Source of the DNA: the human T2T-CHM13v2.0 reference genome, Homo sapiens
Assembly: GCF_009914755.1 (NCBI RefSeq)
Contig: NC_060933.1
DNA length: 64,000 nt
Reading direction: 5' to 3' (one strand)
Shown: positions 13,391-28,830 of the stretch, one piece after another
Layout of the letters: each line of letters starts with the position of its first letter
Position numbering within the stretch: the first letter of the stretch is position 1
Program-made: the position numbers and the translations under genes
Notes under the pieces: model-generated
The model's input: only the letters and a program-made list of their open reading frames with translations
Told to the model about the DNA's origin: nothing
Database searches by the model: none

Positions 13391-16300
13391 TGGAATCAAC
13401 TCGATTGGAATGGAATGGAATGGAATTAACCCGAATAGAATGGAATGGAATTAAATGGAAAGGAACGGAATGGAATGGAATGGAATGGAATGGAATGGAA
13501 TCAACCCGACTGAAGGGGAATGGAATGGAATGGAATGCAATGGAATGGATTCAACTTGAATGGAATGGAAAGAATGGAATCAACACGAGTGGAATGGCAT
13601 GGATTGCAGTGGAATGGAGTGGAATCAACCCGAGTACAGGGGAATGGAATGGAATGGAATGCAATGGAATGGAATCATCCGTAATGGAATGGAAAGGAAT
13701 GGAATGGAATGGAATGGAATGGAATGGAATGGAATAGAATGGAAAGGAATCAACTCGATTTCAATGGAATGGAATGGAATGGAATTAACCCGAATAGAAT
13801 GGAATGGAATGGAATGGAACGGAGTGGAACGGAATGGAACGGAATGGAATGGAATGGAATGGAACGGAACGGAACGGAATGGAATGGAATGGAAGGAATG
13901 GAATGGAATCAACGCGAGTGCAGGGGAATGGAATGGAATGGAATGCAATGGAATGGAATCTTCCGGAATGGAATGGAATGGAATGGAATCAACCCGAGTG
14001 CAATGGAATGGAGTGGAATGGAATGGAATGGAATGGAACAACCCGAATTGAATCGAATGTAATGGAGAGTACGGGAGTTGAATAGAATCAATCCGAATGT
14101 AATGGAATGGAGTGGAACGGAATGGAATTGAATGGAATGGAATGGAATGCAATGGAATGGAATCAACCCGAGTGCAATGGAATGGAGAGGAATGGAATGG
14201 AATGGAATGGAAACTACCCGAATGGAATGGAATGTAATGGAGTGTAAGGGAATTGAATAGAATCAATCCGAATGTAATGGAATGGAATGGAACGGAATGG
14301 AATGGAATGGAATGGAATGGAATGGAATGGAATGGAATGCAATGGAATGGAATCAACCCGAGTGCAATCGAATGGAATCGAATGGAATGGAATGCAATGG
14401 AATGGATTCAACTTGAAAGGAATGGAAAGAATGGAATCAACACGAGTGGAATGGCATGGATTGGAATGGAATGGAATGGAATCAACCCGAGTACAGGGGA
14501 ATGGAATGGAATGGAATGCAATGGAATGGAATCATCCGTAATGGAATGGAAAGGAATGGAATGGAATGGTATAGCATCAACTCGATTGCAATCGAATGGA
14601 ATGGAATGGAATTAACCCAAATAGAATGGAATGGAATGGAGTGGAATGGAACGGAACGGAATGGAATCGAATGGAATGGAATGGAACGGAACGGAACGGA
14701 ATGGAATGGAATGGAATGGAATGGAATCAACGCGAGTGCAGGGGAATGGAATGGAATGGAATGCAATGGAATGGAATCTTCCGGAATGGAATGGAATGGA
14801 ATGGAATGGAATGAAATGCAATGGATTCAACGCGATTGCAGTGGAATGGAATAGAATGGAATGGAATGGAATGGAATGGAATTAACCCGAATAGAATGGA
14901 ATGGAATGCAATGGAACGGAATGGAACGGAATGGAATGGAAGGGAATGGAATGGAATGGTATGGAATGGAATGGAATGGTACGGAATAGAATGGAATGGA
15001 ACGAATTGTAATGGAATGGAATTGAATGGAATGGAATGGAATCAACGCGAGTGCAGGGGAATGTAATGGAACGAAATGCAATGGAATGGAATCATCCGGA
15101 ATGGAATGGAATGGAATGGAATGGAATGGAATCAACCCGAGTGCAATGGAATGGAGTGGAATGGAATGGAATGGAATGGATCAACACGAATGGAATGGAA
15201 TGTAATGGATAGTAAGGGAGTTGAATAGAATCAATCTGAATGTAATGGAATGCAACGGAATGGAATGGAATGGAATGGAATGGAATGCAATGGAATGGAA
15301 TCAACCCGAGTACAATGGAATGGAATGGAATGGAATGGAATGGAATGGAATGGAATGGAATGGAATGCCTTCAAACCGAATGGAATGGAAAGAAATGGAA
15401 TCAACAAGAGTGGAATGGAATGGAATGGAATGGAATGGAATGGAATGATACGGAATAGAATGGAATGGAAAGAAATGGAATGGAATGGAATGGAATGGAA
15501 TGGAATGGAATGGAATCGTTCCGAGTGGAATAAGAGGGAATGTATTCGAGTGGAATGGAAAGGAATGGAATCAACCGGAGTGGAATGGAAGGGAATGGAA
15601 TGGAATGGAAACAAATAGAATGGAATCAACCGAGTGGAATGGAATGGAAAGGACTGGAATGGAATGGAATGGAATGGAATGGAATGGAATCAACTCGATT
15701 GTAATGGAATGGAATGGAATGGAAAGGAATGGAATGGAATGGAATGGAATGGAATTAACCCGAATACAATGGAATGGAATGGAATGGAACGGAATGGAGT
15801 GGAATGGAATGGAATCAACCCGAGTGCAGGGGAATGGAATGGAATGGAATGCAATGGAATGGAAATAACCCGAATAAAATGGAATGGAATGGAATGAAAC
15901 GGAATGGAGTGGAATGGAAAGGAATAAACCCGAGTGCAGGGAAATGCAATGGAATGGAATGGAATGGAATGGAATGGAATGGAATGGAATGGAATGGAAT
16001 GGAAAGGAATGGAATCAACCCGAGTGCAATCGAATGGAATCGAATGGAATGGAATGCAATGGAATGGATTCAACTTGAATGGAATGGAAAGAATGGAATC
16101 AACATGAGTGGAAAGGCATGGATTGGAATGCAATGGAATGGAATCAACCCGAGTACAGAGGAATGGAATGGAATGGAATGCAATGGAATGGAATCATCCG
16201 TAATGGAATGGAATGGGATGGAATGGAATGGAATGGAATGGAATGCAATGGAATGGAATCAACACGATTGCAATCGAATGGAATGGAATGGAATTAACCC

Positions 16301-16839
16301 GAATAGAATGGAATGGAATGGAAGGGAACGGAACGGAATGGAATGGAATGGAATCAACCCGAGTGCAGGGGAATGGAATGGAATGGAATGCAATGGAATG
16401 GAATCATCCGGAATGGAATGGAATGGAATGGAATGCAAAGCAATGGAATCAACTCGATTGCAATGGAATGGAATGGAATGGAAAGGAATACATTGGAATC
16501 AACCCGAGTGGAATGGAATGGAAAGGACTGGAATGGAGTGGAATGGAATGGAATGGAATGGAATGGAATCAACTCGATTGGAATGGAATGGAATGGAATG
16601 GAATGGAATGGAAGGGAATTAACCCGAATAGAATGGAATGGAATGGAATGGAACGGAACGGAACGGAATGGAATGGAATGGAATGGAATGGAATGGAATG
16701 GAATGGAATCAACCCGACTGCAGGGGAATGGAATGGAATGGAATGCAATGGAATGGATTCAACTTGAATGGAATGGAAAGAATGGAATCAACACGAGTGG
16801 AATGGCATGGATTGGAATGGAATGGAATGGAATCAACGC

Positions 16840-19800
16840 CAGTGCAGGGGAATGTAATGGAACGGAATGCAATGGAATGGAATCATCCGGAATGGAATGG
16901 AATGGAATGGAATGGAATGGAATGGAATGGAATCAACCCGAGTGCAATGGAATGGAGTGGAATGGAATGGAATGGAATGGAACAACCCGAATGGAATGGA
17001 ATGTAATGGAGAGTAAGGGAGTTGAATAGAATCAATCCGAATGTAATGGAATGGAATGCAACGGAATGGAATGGAATGGAATGGAATGGAATGCAATGGA
17101 ATGGAATCAACCCGAGTACAATGGAATGGAATGGAATGGAATGGAATGGAATGGAATGGAATGGAATGAAATGGAATGATACGGAATAGAATGGAATGGA
17201 ACGAAATGGAAAGGAATGGAATGGAATGGAATGGAATGGAATGGAATGCAATGGAATGGAATGGAATCGTTCCGAGTGGAATAGGGGGGAATGTATTCGA
17301 GTGGAATGGAAAGGAATGGAATCAACCAGAGTGGAATGGAAGGGAATGGAATGGAATGGAAACTAATAGAATGGAATCAACCCGAGTGGAATGGAATGGA
17401 AAGGGCTGGAATGGAATGGAATGGAATGGAATCAACTCGATTGTAATGGAATGGAATGGAATGGAATGGAATGGAATGGAATGGAGTGGAATGGAATGGA
17501 ATCAACCCGAGTGCAGGGGAATGGAATGGAATGGAATGCAATGGAATGGAATCTACCGGAATGTAATGGAATGGAATGGAATGCAAAGCAATGGAATCAA
17601 CTCGATTGCAATGGTATGGAATGGAATGGAAAGGAATACATTGGAATCAACCCGACTGGAATGGAATGGAAAGGACTGGAATGGAGTGGAATGGAATGGA
17701 ATGCAATGGAATGGAATCAACTCGATTGGAATGGAATGGAATGGAATGGAATGGAATTAACCCGAATAGAATGGAATGGAATGGAATGGAACAGAACGGA
17801 ATGGAATGGAATGGAATGGAATGGAATGGAATGGAATGGAATCAACCCGACTGCAGGGGAATGGAATGGAATGGAATGCAATGGAATGGATTCAACTTGA
17901 ATGGAATGGAAAGAATGGAATAAACACGAGTGGAATGGCATGGATTGGAATGGAATGGAATGGAATCAACCCGAGTACAGGGGAATGGAATGGAATGTAA
18001 TGCAATGGAATGGAATCATCCGTAATGGAAAGGAAAGGAATGGAATGGAATGGAATGGAATGGAATGGAATGGAATGGAATCAACTCGATTGCAATCGAA
18101 TGGAATGGAATGGAATTAACCCGAATAGAATGGAATGGAATGGAACAGAAAGGAACGGAATGGAATGGATTGGAATGGAATGGAATGGAATGGAAGGGAA
18201 CGGAAAGGAATGGAATGGAATGGAATGGAATGGAATGGAATGGAATGGAATGGAATGGAATCAACGAGAGTGCAGGGGAATGGAATGGAATGGAATGCAA
18301 TGGAATGGAATCTTCCGGAATGGAATGGAATGGAATGGAATGGAACAGAACGAAACGGAACGGAACGGATTGGAATGGAATGGAATGGAATGGAATGGAA
18401 TGGAATGGAATCAACGCGAGGGCAGGGGAATGGAATGGAATGGAATGCAATGGAATGGAATCTTCAGGAATGGAATGGAATGGAATGGAATGAAATGCAA
18501 TGGATTCAACTCGATTGCAATGGATTGGAATAGAATGGAATGGAATGGAATGGAATGGAATGGAATTAACCCGAATAGAATGGAATGGAATGGAATGGAA
18601 CGGTATGGAACCGAATGGAATGGAATGGAATGGTATGGAATGGAATGGAATGGTACGGAATAGAATGGAATGGAACGAATTGTAATGCAATGGAATTGAA
18701 TGGAATGGAATGGAATGGAATGGAATCAACGCAAGTGCAGGGGAATGTAATGGAACGGAATGCAATGGAATGGAATCATCCGGAATGGAATGGAATGGAA
18801 TGGAATGGAATGGAATGGAATGGAATGGAATGGAATCAACCCGAGTGCAATGGAAAGGAGTGGAATGGAATGGAATGGAATGGAACAACCCGAATGGAAC
18901 GGAATGTAATGGAGAGTAAGGGAGTTGAATAGAATCAATCCGAATGTAATGGAATGGAATGCAACGGAATGGAATGAAATGGAATGGAATGGAATGGAAT
19001 GGAATGCAATGGAATGGAATCAACCCAAGTACAATGGAATGCAATGGAAAGGAATGGAATGGAATGGAATGGAATGGAATGGAATGGAATGCCTTCAAAA
19101 CGAATGGAATGGAAAGGAATGGAATTAACACGAGTGGAATGGAATGGAATGGAATGGAATGGAATGATACGGAATAGAATGGAATGGAACGAAATGGAAT
19201 GGAATGGAATGGAATGGAATGGAATCGTTACTAGTGGAATAGGAGGGAATGTATTCGAGTGGAATGGAAAGGAATGGAATCAACCAGAGTGGAATGGAAG
19301 GGAATGGAATGGAATGGAAACTAATAGAATGGAATCAACCCGAGTTGAATGGAATGGAAAGGACTGGTATGGAATGGAATGGAATGGAATGGAATCAATT
19401 CGATTTTAATGGAATGGAATGGAATGGAATGGAATTAACCCGAATGCAATGGAATGGAATGGAATGGAACGGAATGGAGTGGAATGGAATGGAATCAACC
19501 CGAGTGCAGGGGAATGGAATGGAATGGAATGCAATGGAATGCAATCATCCGGAATGGAATGGAATGGAATGGAATGCAAAGCAATGGAATCAACTCGATT
19601 GCAATGGAATGGAATGGAATGGAAAGGAATACATTGGAATCAACCCGAGTGGAATGGAATGGAAAGGGCTGGAATGGAGTGGAATGGAATGGAATGGAAT
19701 GGAAAGGAATCAACTCGATTGGAATGGAATGGAATGGAATGGAATTAACCCGAATACAATGGAATGGAATGGAATGGAACGGAACGGAACGGAATGGAAT

Positions 19801-22800
19801 GGAATGGAATGGAATGGAATGGAATGGAATGGAATCAACCCGACTGCAGGGGAATGGAATGGAATTGAATGCAATGGAATGCATTCAACTTGAATGGAAT
19901 GGAAAGAATGGAATCAACACGAGTGGAATGGCATGGATTGGAATGGAATGGAATGGAATGAACCCGAGTACAGGGGAATAGAATGGAATGGAATGCAATG
20001 GAATGGAATCATCCGCAATGGAATGGAAAGGAATGGAATGGAATGGAATGGAATGGAATGGAATGGAATGGAATGGAATCAACTCGATTGCAATCGAATG
20101 GAATGGAATGGAATTAACCCGAATAGAATGGAATGGAATGGAATGGAACGGAACGGAACGGAATGGAATGGAATGGAATGGAATGGAATGGAACAGAAAG
20201 GAATGGAATGGAATGGAATGGAATGGAATGGAATGGAATGGAATCAACGCGAGTGCAGGGGAATGGAATGGAATGGAATGCAATGGAATGGAATCTTCCG
20301 GAATGGAATGGAATGGAACGGAATGGAATGGAATGGAATGGAATGGAATAAACCCAAGTGCAATGGAATGGAGTGGAATGGAATGGAATGGAATGGAACA
20401 ACCCGAATGGAATGGAATGTAATGTAGAGTAAGGGAGTTGAATAGAATCCATCCGAATGTAATGGAATGGAATGGAAAGGAATGGAATTCAATGGAATGG
20501 AATGGAATGCAACGGAATGGAATCAACCCTAGTGCAATGGAATGGAGAGGAATGGAATGGAATGGAATGGAAACTACCCGAATGGAATGGAATGTAATGG
20601 AGTGTAAGGGAATTGAATAGAATGAATCCGAATGTAATGGAATGGAATGGAACGGAATGGAATGGAATGGAATGGAATGGAATGGAATGCAATGGAATGG
20701 AATCAACCCGCGTGCAATCGAATGGAATCGAATGGAATGGAATGCAATGGAATGGATTCAACTTGAATGGAATGGAAAGAATGGAATCAACACGAGTGGA
20801 AGGGCATGGATTGGAATGCAATGGAATGGAATCAACCCGAGAACAGGGGAATGGGATGGAATGGAATGCAATGGAATGGAATCATCCGTAATGGAATGGA
20901 AAGGAATGGAATGGAATGGAATGGAATGGAATGGAATCAACACGATTGCAATCGAATGGAATGGAATGCAATTAACCCGAATAGAATGGAATGGAATGGA
21001 ATGGAACGGAACGGAATGGAATGGAATGGAATGGAATGGAATGCAATGGAATGGAATCAACCCGAGTGCAATGGAATGGAGAGGAATGGAATGGAATGCA
21101 ATGGAAACTACCCGAATGGAATGGAATGTAATGGAGTGTAAGGGAATTGAATAGAATCAATCCGAATGTAATGGAATGGAATGGAACGGAATGGAATTGA
21201 ATGGAATGGAATGGAATGCAATGGAATGGAATCAACCCTAGTGCAATGGAATGGAGAGGAATGGAATGGAATGGAATGGAAACTACCCGAATGGAATGGA
21301 ATGTAATGGAGTGTAAGGGAATTGAATAGAATGAATCCGAATGTAATGGAATGGAATGGAACGGAATGGAATGGAATGGAAGGGAATGGAATGGAATGCA
21401 ATGGAATGGAATCAACCCGAGTGCAATCGAATGGAATCGAATGGAATGGAATGCAATGGAATGGATTCAACTTGAATGGAATGGAAAGAATGGAATCAAC
21501 ACGAGTGGAAGGGCATGGATTGGAATGCAATGGAATGGAATCAACCCGAGAACAGGGGAATGGGATGGAATGGAATGCAATGGAATGGAATCATCCGTAA
21601 TGGAATGGAAAGGAATGGAACGGAACGGAATGGAATGGAATGGAATGGAATAGAACGGAACGGAATGGAATGGAATGGAATGGAATGGAACGTAACGGAA
21701 TGGAATGGAATGGAATGGAATGGAATGGAATGGAATGTACTGGAATGGAATCAACGCGAGTGCAGTGGAATGGAATGGAATGGAATGCAATGGAATGGAA
21801 TCTTCCGGAATGGAATGGAATGGAATGAAATGCAATGGATTTAACTCGATTGCAATGGAATGGAATAGAATGGAATGGAATGGAATGGAATTAACACGAA
21901 TAGAATGGAATGGAATGGAATGGAACGGAACGGAATGGAATGGAATGGAATGGAATGGAATTGAAAGGAATTAACCCGAATACAATGGAATGGAATGGAA
22001 TGGAACGGAATGGAGTGGAATGCAATGGAATCAACCCGAGTGCAGGGGATTAGAATGGAATGGAATGCAATGGAATGCAATCATCCGGAATGGAATGGAA
22101 TGGAATGGAATGCAAAGCAATGGAATCAACTCGATTGCAATGGAATGGAATGGAATGGAAAGGAATACATTGGAATCAACCTGACTGGAATGGAAGGGAA
22201 AGGACTGGAATGGAGTGGAATGGAATGGAATGGAATCAACTCGATTGGAATGGAATGGAATGGAATGGAATGGAATGGAATTAACCCGAAGAGAATGGAA
22301 TGGAATGGAATGGAACGGAACGGAATGGAATGGAATGGAATGGATTGGAATGGAATCAACCCGACTGCAGGGGAATGGAATGGAATGGAATGCAATGGAA
22401 TGGATTCAACTTGAATGGAATGGAAAGAATGGAATCAACACGAGTGGAATGGCATGGATTAGAATGGAATGGAATGGAATCAACCCGAGTACAGGGGAAT
22501 GGAATGGAATGGAATGCAATGGAATGGAATCATCCGTAATGGAATGGAAAGGAATGGAATGGAATGGAATGGAATGGAATGGAATCAACTCGATTGCAAT
22601 CGAATGGAATGGAATGGAATTAACCTGCATAGAATGGAATGGAATGGAACGGAACGGAACGGAACGGAACGGAACGGAATGGAATGGAATGGAACGGAAC
22701 GGAACGGAACGGAACGGAATGGAATGGAATGGAATGGAATAGAACGGAACGGAATGGAATGGAATGGAATGGAATGGAACGTACCGGAATGGAATGGAAT

Positions 22801-24790
22801 GGAATGGAATGGAATGGAATGGACTGGAATGGAATCAACGCGAGTGCAGTGGAATGGAATGGAATGGAATGCAATGGAATGGAATCTTCCGGAATGGAAT
22901 GGAATGGAATGCAAAGCAATGGAATCAACTCGATTGCAATGGAATGGAATGGAATGGAAAGGAATACATTGGAATCAACCCGACTGGAATGGAATGGAAA
23001 GGACTGGAATGGAGTGGAATGGAATGGAATGGAATGGAATGGAATCAACTCGATTGGAATGGAATGGAATAGAATGGAATGGAGTTAACCCGAATAGAAT
23101 GGAATGGAATGGAATGGAACGGAACGGAACGGAATGGAATGGATTGGAATGGAATGGAATGGAATGGAATTTAAAGGAATGGAATGGAATGGAATGGAAT
23201 GGAATGGAATGGAATGGAATGGAATGGAATGGTATGGAATGGAATGGAATGGTACGGAATAGAATGGAATGGAACGAATTGTAATGGAATGGAATTGAAT
23301 GGAATGGAATGGAATGGAATGGAATCAACGCGAGTGCAGGGGAATGTAATGGAAAGGAATGCAATGGAATGGAATCATCCGGAATGGAATGGAATGGAAT
23401 GGAATGGAATGGAATGGAATGGAATGGAATCAACCCGACTGCAATGGAATGGAGTGGAATGGAATGGAATGGAATGGAACAACCCGAATGGAATGGAATG
23501 TAATGGAGAGTAAGGGAGTTGAATAGAATCAATCCGAATGTAATGGAATGGAATGCAACGGAATGGAATGGAATGGAATGGAATGGAATGCAATGGAATG
23601 GAATCAACCCGAGTACAATGGAATGGAATGGAATGGAATGGAATGGAATGGAATGGAATGAAATGGAATGATACGGAATAGAATGGAATGGAACGAAATG
23701 GAATGGAATGGAATGGAACGAAATGGAATGGAATGGAATGGAATGGAATGGAATGGAATGGAATGGAATGGAATGGAATGGAATGGAATCGTTCCGAGTG
23801 GAATACGAGGGAATGTATTCGAGTGGAATGGAAAGGAATGGAATCAACCAGAGTGGAATGGAAGGGAATGGAATGGAATGGAAATTAATAGAATGGAATC
23901 AACTCGAGTGGAATGGAATGGAAAGGACTGGAATGGAATGGAATGGAATGGAATCAACTCGATTGTAATGGAATGGAATGGAATGGAATGGAATGGAATG
24001 GAGTGGAATGGAATGGAATCAACCCGAGTGCAGGGGAATGGAATGGAATGGAATGCAATGGAATGGAATCATCCGGAATGGAATGGAATGGAATGGAATG
24101 CAAAGCAATGGAATCAACTCGATTGCAATGCAATGGAATGGAATGGAAAGGAATACATTGGAATCAACCCGACTGGAATGGAATGGAAAGGACTGGAATG
24201 GAGTGGAATGGAATGGAATGGAATGGAATGGAATCAACTCGATTGGAATGGAATGGAATGGAATGGAATGGAATTAACCCGAATAGAATGGAATGGAATG
24301 GAATGGAACGGAACGGAATGGAATGGAATGGAATGGAATGGAATGGAATGGAATGGAATCAACCCGACTGCAGGGGAATGGAATGGAATGGAATGCAATG
24401 GAATGGATTCAACTTGAATGGAATGGAAAGAATGGAATCAACACGAGTGGAATGGCATGGATTGGAATGGCATTGAATGGAATCAACCCGAGTACAGGGG
24501 AATGGAATGGAATGGAATGCAATGGAATGGAGTCATCCGTAATGGAATGGAAAGGAATGGAATGGAATGGAATGGAATGGAATGGAATGGAATGGAATGG
24601 AATGGAATGGAATCAACTCGATTGCAATCGAATGGAATGCAATGGAATTAACCCGAATAGAATGGAATGGAATGGAATGGAACGGAACGGAACGGAATGG
24701 AATGGATTGGAATGGAATGGAATGGAATGGAACGGAAAGGAATGGAATGGAATGGAATGGAATGGAATGGAATGGAATGGAATGGAATCA
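16840..24790 (+). repeat. Diverged duplication, about 16840-18150 vs 23320-24790 (offset ~6.5 kb); boundaries approximate
   Basis: Same module order with shared variants GAAATGGAATGATAC and CAACCCGACTGGAAT. ORF pairs 17176/23668 and 17901/24418. Confidence 0.65.
20460..21610 (+). repeat. Duplication of ~450 bp at 709-bp offset
   Basis: Private variants repeated: CAACCCTAGT (20524/21233), GAATGAATCC, CGAGAACAGG and GGGAT. ORFs 20613..20891 and 21322..21600 differ at one residue. Confidence 0.85.
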
Positions 24791-25269
24791 ACGCGAGTGC
24801 AGGGGAATGGAATGGAATGGAATGCAATGGAATCGAATCTTCCGGAATGGAATGGAATGGAATGGAATGGAATGGAATGGAATAAACCCGAGTGCAATGG
24901 AATGGAGTGGAATGGAATGGAATGGAATGGAACAACCCGAATGGAATGGAATGTAATGGAGAGTAAGGGAGTTGATTAGAATCAATCCGAATGTAATGGA
25001 ATGGAATGGAAAGGAATGGAATTGAATGGAATGGAATGGAATGCAATGGAATGGAATCAACCCGAGTACAATGGAATGGAATGGAATGGAATGGAATGGA
25101 ATGGAATGGAATGGAATGGAATGGAATGGAATGAAATGGAATGATACGGAATAGAATGGAATGGAACGAAATGGAATGGAATGGAATGGAATGGAATGGA
25201 ATGGAATGAATTCAACTTGAATGGAATGGAAAGAATGGAATCAACACGAGTGGAATGGCATGGATTGGA

Positions 25270-28200
25270 ATGGAATGGAATCAACGCGAGTGCAGGGGAA
25301 TGGAATGGAATGGAATGCAATGGAATGGAATCTTCCGGAATGCAATGGAATGGAATGGAATGGAATGGAATGGAATGGAATAAACTCGATTGCAATCGAA
25401 TGGAATGGAATGGAATTAACCCGAATAGAATGGAATGGAATGGAATGGAACGGAACGGAATGGAACGGAATGGAATGGAATGGAATGGATTGGAATGGAA
25501 CGGAAAGGAATGGAATGGAACGGAATGGAATGGAATGGAATGGAATCAACGCGAGTGCAGGGGAATGGAATGTAATGGAATGCAATGGAATGGAATCTTC
25601 CGGAATGGAATGGAATGGAATGGAATGGAATCAACCCGAGTGCAATGGAATGGAGTGGAATGGAATGGAATGGAATGGAACAACCCGAATGGAATGGAAT
25701 GTAATGGAGAGTAAGGGAGTTGAATAGAATCATTCCGAATGTAATGGAATGGAATGGAACGGAATGGAATTGAATGGAATGGAATGGAATGCAGTGGAAT
25801 GGAATCAACCCGAGTGCAATGGAATGGAGAGGAATGGAATGGAATCGAATGGAAACTACCCGAATGGAATGGAATGTAATGGAGTGTAAGGGAATTGAAT
25901 AGAATCAATCCGAATGGAATGGAATGGAATGGAATGGAATGGAATCAACCAGAGTGCAATCGAATGGAATCGAATGGAAAGCAATGCAATGGAATGGATT
26001 AAAGTTGAATGGAATGGAAAGAATGGAATCAACACGAGTGGAATGGCATGGATTGGAATGGAATGGAATGGAATCAACCCGAGTACAGGGGAATGGAATG
26101 GAATGGAATGCAATGGAATGGAATCATCCGTAATGGAATGGAAAGGAATGGAATGGAATGGAATGGAATGGAATGGAATGGAATGGAATGGAATCAACTC
26201 GATTGCAATCGAATGGAATGGAATGGAATTAACCCAAATAGAATGGAATGGAATGGAATGGAACGGAACGGAATGGAATGGAATGGAATGGAATGGAATG
26301 GAACGGAACGGAACGGAACGGAATGGAATGGAATGGAATGGAATGGAATGGAATGGAATCAACGCGTGTGCAGGGGAATGGAACGGAATGGAATGCAATG
26401 GAATGGAATCTTCCGGAATGGAATGGAATGGAATGGTATGAAATGCAATGGATTCAACTCGATTGCAATGGAATGGAATAGAATGGAATGGAATAGAATG
26501 GAATGGAATTAACCCGAATAGAATGGAATGGAATGGAATTGAATGGAATGGAACGGAATGGAATGGAATGGAATGGAATGGAATGGAATGGAATGGTATG
26601 GAATGGAATGGAATGGTACGGAATAGAATGGAATGCAACGAATTGTAATGGAATGGAATTGAATGGAATGGAATGGAATGGAATGGAATCAACGCGAGTG
26701 CAAGGGAATGTAATGGAACGGAATGCAATGGAATGGAATCATCCGGAATGGAATGGAATGGAATGGAATGGAATCAACCCGAGTGCAATGGAATGGAGTG
26801 GAATGGAATGGAATGGAATGGAACAACCCGAATGGAATGGAATGTAATGGAGAGTAAGGGAGTTGAATAGAATCAATCCGAAAGTAATGGAACGGAATGC
26901 AACGGAATGGAATGGAATGGAATGGAATGGAATGGAATGGAATGGAATGGAATGCAATGGAATGGAATCAACCCGAGTTGAATGGAATGGAATGGAATGG
27001 AATGGAATGGAATGGAATGGAATGGAATGGAGTGGAATTGAATGGAATGGAATGCTTTCAAACCGAATGGAATGGAAAGGAATGGAATCAACACGAGTGG
27101 AATGGAATGGAATGGAAAGGAATGGAATGGAATGGAAAGGTACGGAATAGAATGGAATGGAACGAAATGGAATGGAATGGAATGGAATGGAATGGAATGG
27201 AATAGAATCGTTCCGAGTGGAATAGGAGGGAATGTATTCGAGTGGAATGGAAAGGAATGGAATCAACCAGAGTGGAATGGAAGGGAATGGAATGGAATGG
27301 AAACTAATAGAATGGAATCAACCCGAGTGGAATGGAATGGAAAGGACTGGAATGGAATGGAATGGAATGGAATGGAATGGAATCAACTCGATTGTAATGG
27401 ATTGGAATGGAATGGAATGGAATGGAATGGAATGGAATGGAATCAACTCGATTGTAATGGATTGGAATGGAATGGAATGGAATGGAATGGAATGGAATGG
27501 AATTAACCCGAATACAACGGAATGGAATGGAATGGAAGGGAATGGAGTGGAATGGAATGGAATCAACCCGAGTGCAGGGGAATGGAATGGAATGGAATGC
27601 AATGGAATGGAATCATCAGTAATGGAATGGAAAGGAATGGAATGGAATGGAATGGAATGGAATGGAATGGAATGGAATCTACTCGATTGCAATGGAATGG
27701 AATGGAATGGAATTAACCCGAATAGAATGGAATGGAATGGAATGGAATGGAACGGAATGGAATGGAACGGAATGGAATGGAACGGAACGGAACGGAACGG
27801 AATGGAATGGAATGGAATGGAATGGAATGGAATCAACGCGAGTGCAGGGGAATGGAATGGAATGGAATGCAATGGAACGGAATCTTCCGGAATGCAATGG
27901 AATGGAATGGAAGGGAATGGAATGGAATGGAATGGAATCAACTCGATTGCAATCGAATGGAATGGAATGGAATTAACCCGAATAGAATGGAATGGAATGG
28001 AATGGAACGGAACGGAACGGAACGGAATGGAATGGAATGGAATGGAACGGAAAGGAAAGGAATGGAACGGAATGGAATGGAATGGAATGGAATGGAATCA
28101 ACGCGAGTGCAGGGGAATGGAATGTAATGGAATGCAATGGAATGGAATCTTCCGGAATGGAATGGAATGGAATGGAATGGAATCAACCCGAGTGCAATGG

Positions 28201-28830
28201 AATGGAGTGGAATGGAATGGAATGGAATGGAACAACCCGAATGGAATGGAATGTAATGGAGAGTAAGGGAGTTGAATAGAATCATTCCGAATGTAATGGA
28301 ATGGAATGGAACGGAAAGGAATTGAATGGAATGGAATGGAATGCAATGGAATGGAATCAACCCGAGTGCAATGGAATGGAGAGGAATGGAATGGAATCGA
28401 ATGGAAACTACCCGAATGGAATGGAATATAATGGAGTGTAAGGGAATTGAATAGAATCAATCCGAATGTAATGGAATGGAATGGAACGGAATGGAATGGA
28501 ATGGAATGGAATGGAATGGAATGGAATGGAATCAACCCGAGTGCAATCGAATGGAATCGAATGGAATGCAATGCAATGAAATGGATTCAACTTGAATGGA
28601 ATGGAAAGAATGGAATCAACACGAGTGGAATGGCATGGATTGGAATGCAATGGAATGGAATCAACCCGAGTACAGGGGAATGCAATGGAATGGAATGCAA
28701 TGGAATGGAATCATCCGTAATGGAATGGAAAGGAATGGAATGGAATGGAATGGAATGGAATGGAATGGAATCAACTCGATTGTAATCGAATGGAATGGAA
28801 TGGAATTAACCCAAATAGAATGGAATGGAA
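25270..28830 (+). repeat. Duplication of ~1 kb, about 25270-26260 vs 27830-28830 (offset ~2.55 kb)
   Basis: Shared private variants CTTCCGGAATGCAAT, AGAATCATTCCGAAT (CATTCC at 25731/28283), CGAATGGAAACTACC and TAACCCAAAT. Confidence 0.8.
27361..27480 (+). repeat. 60-bp perfect local tandem duplication
   Basis: Lines 27361-27420 and 27421-27480 are identical, each carrying CAACTCGATTGTAATGGATT. Confidence 0.9.
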
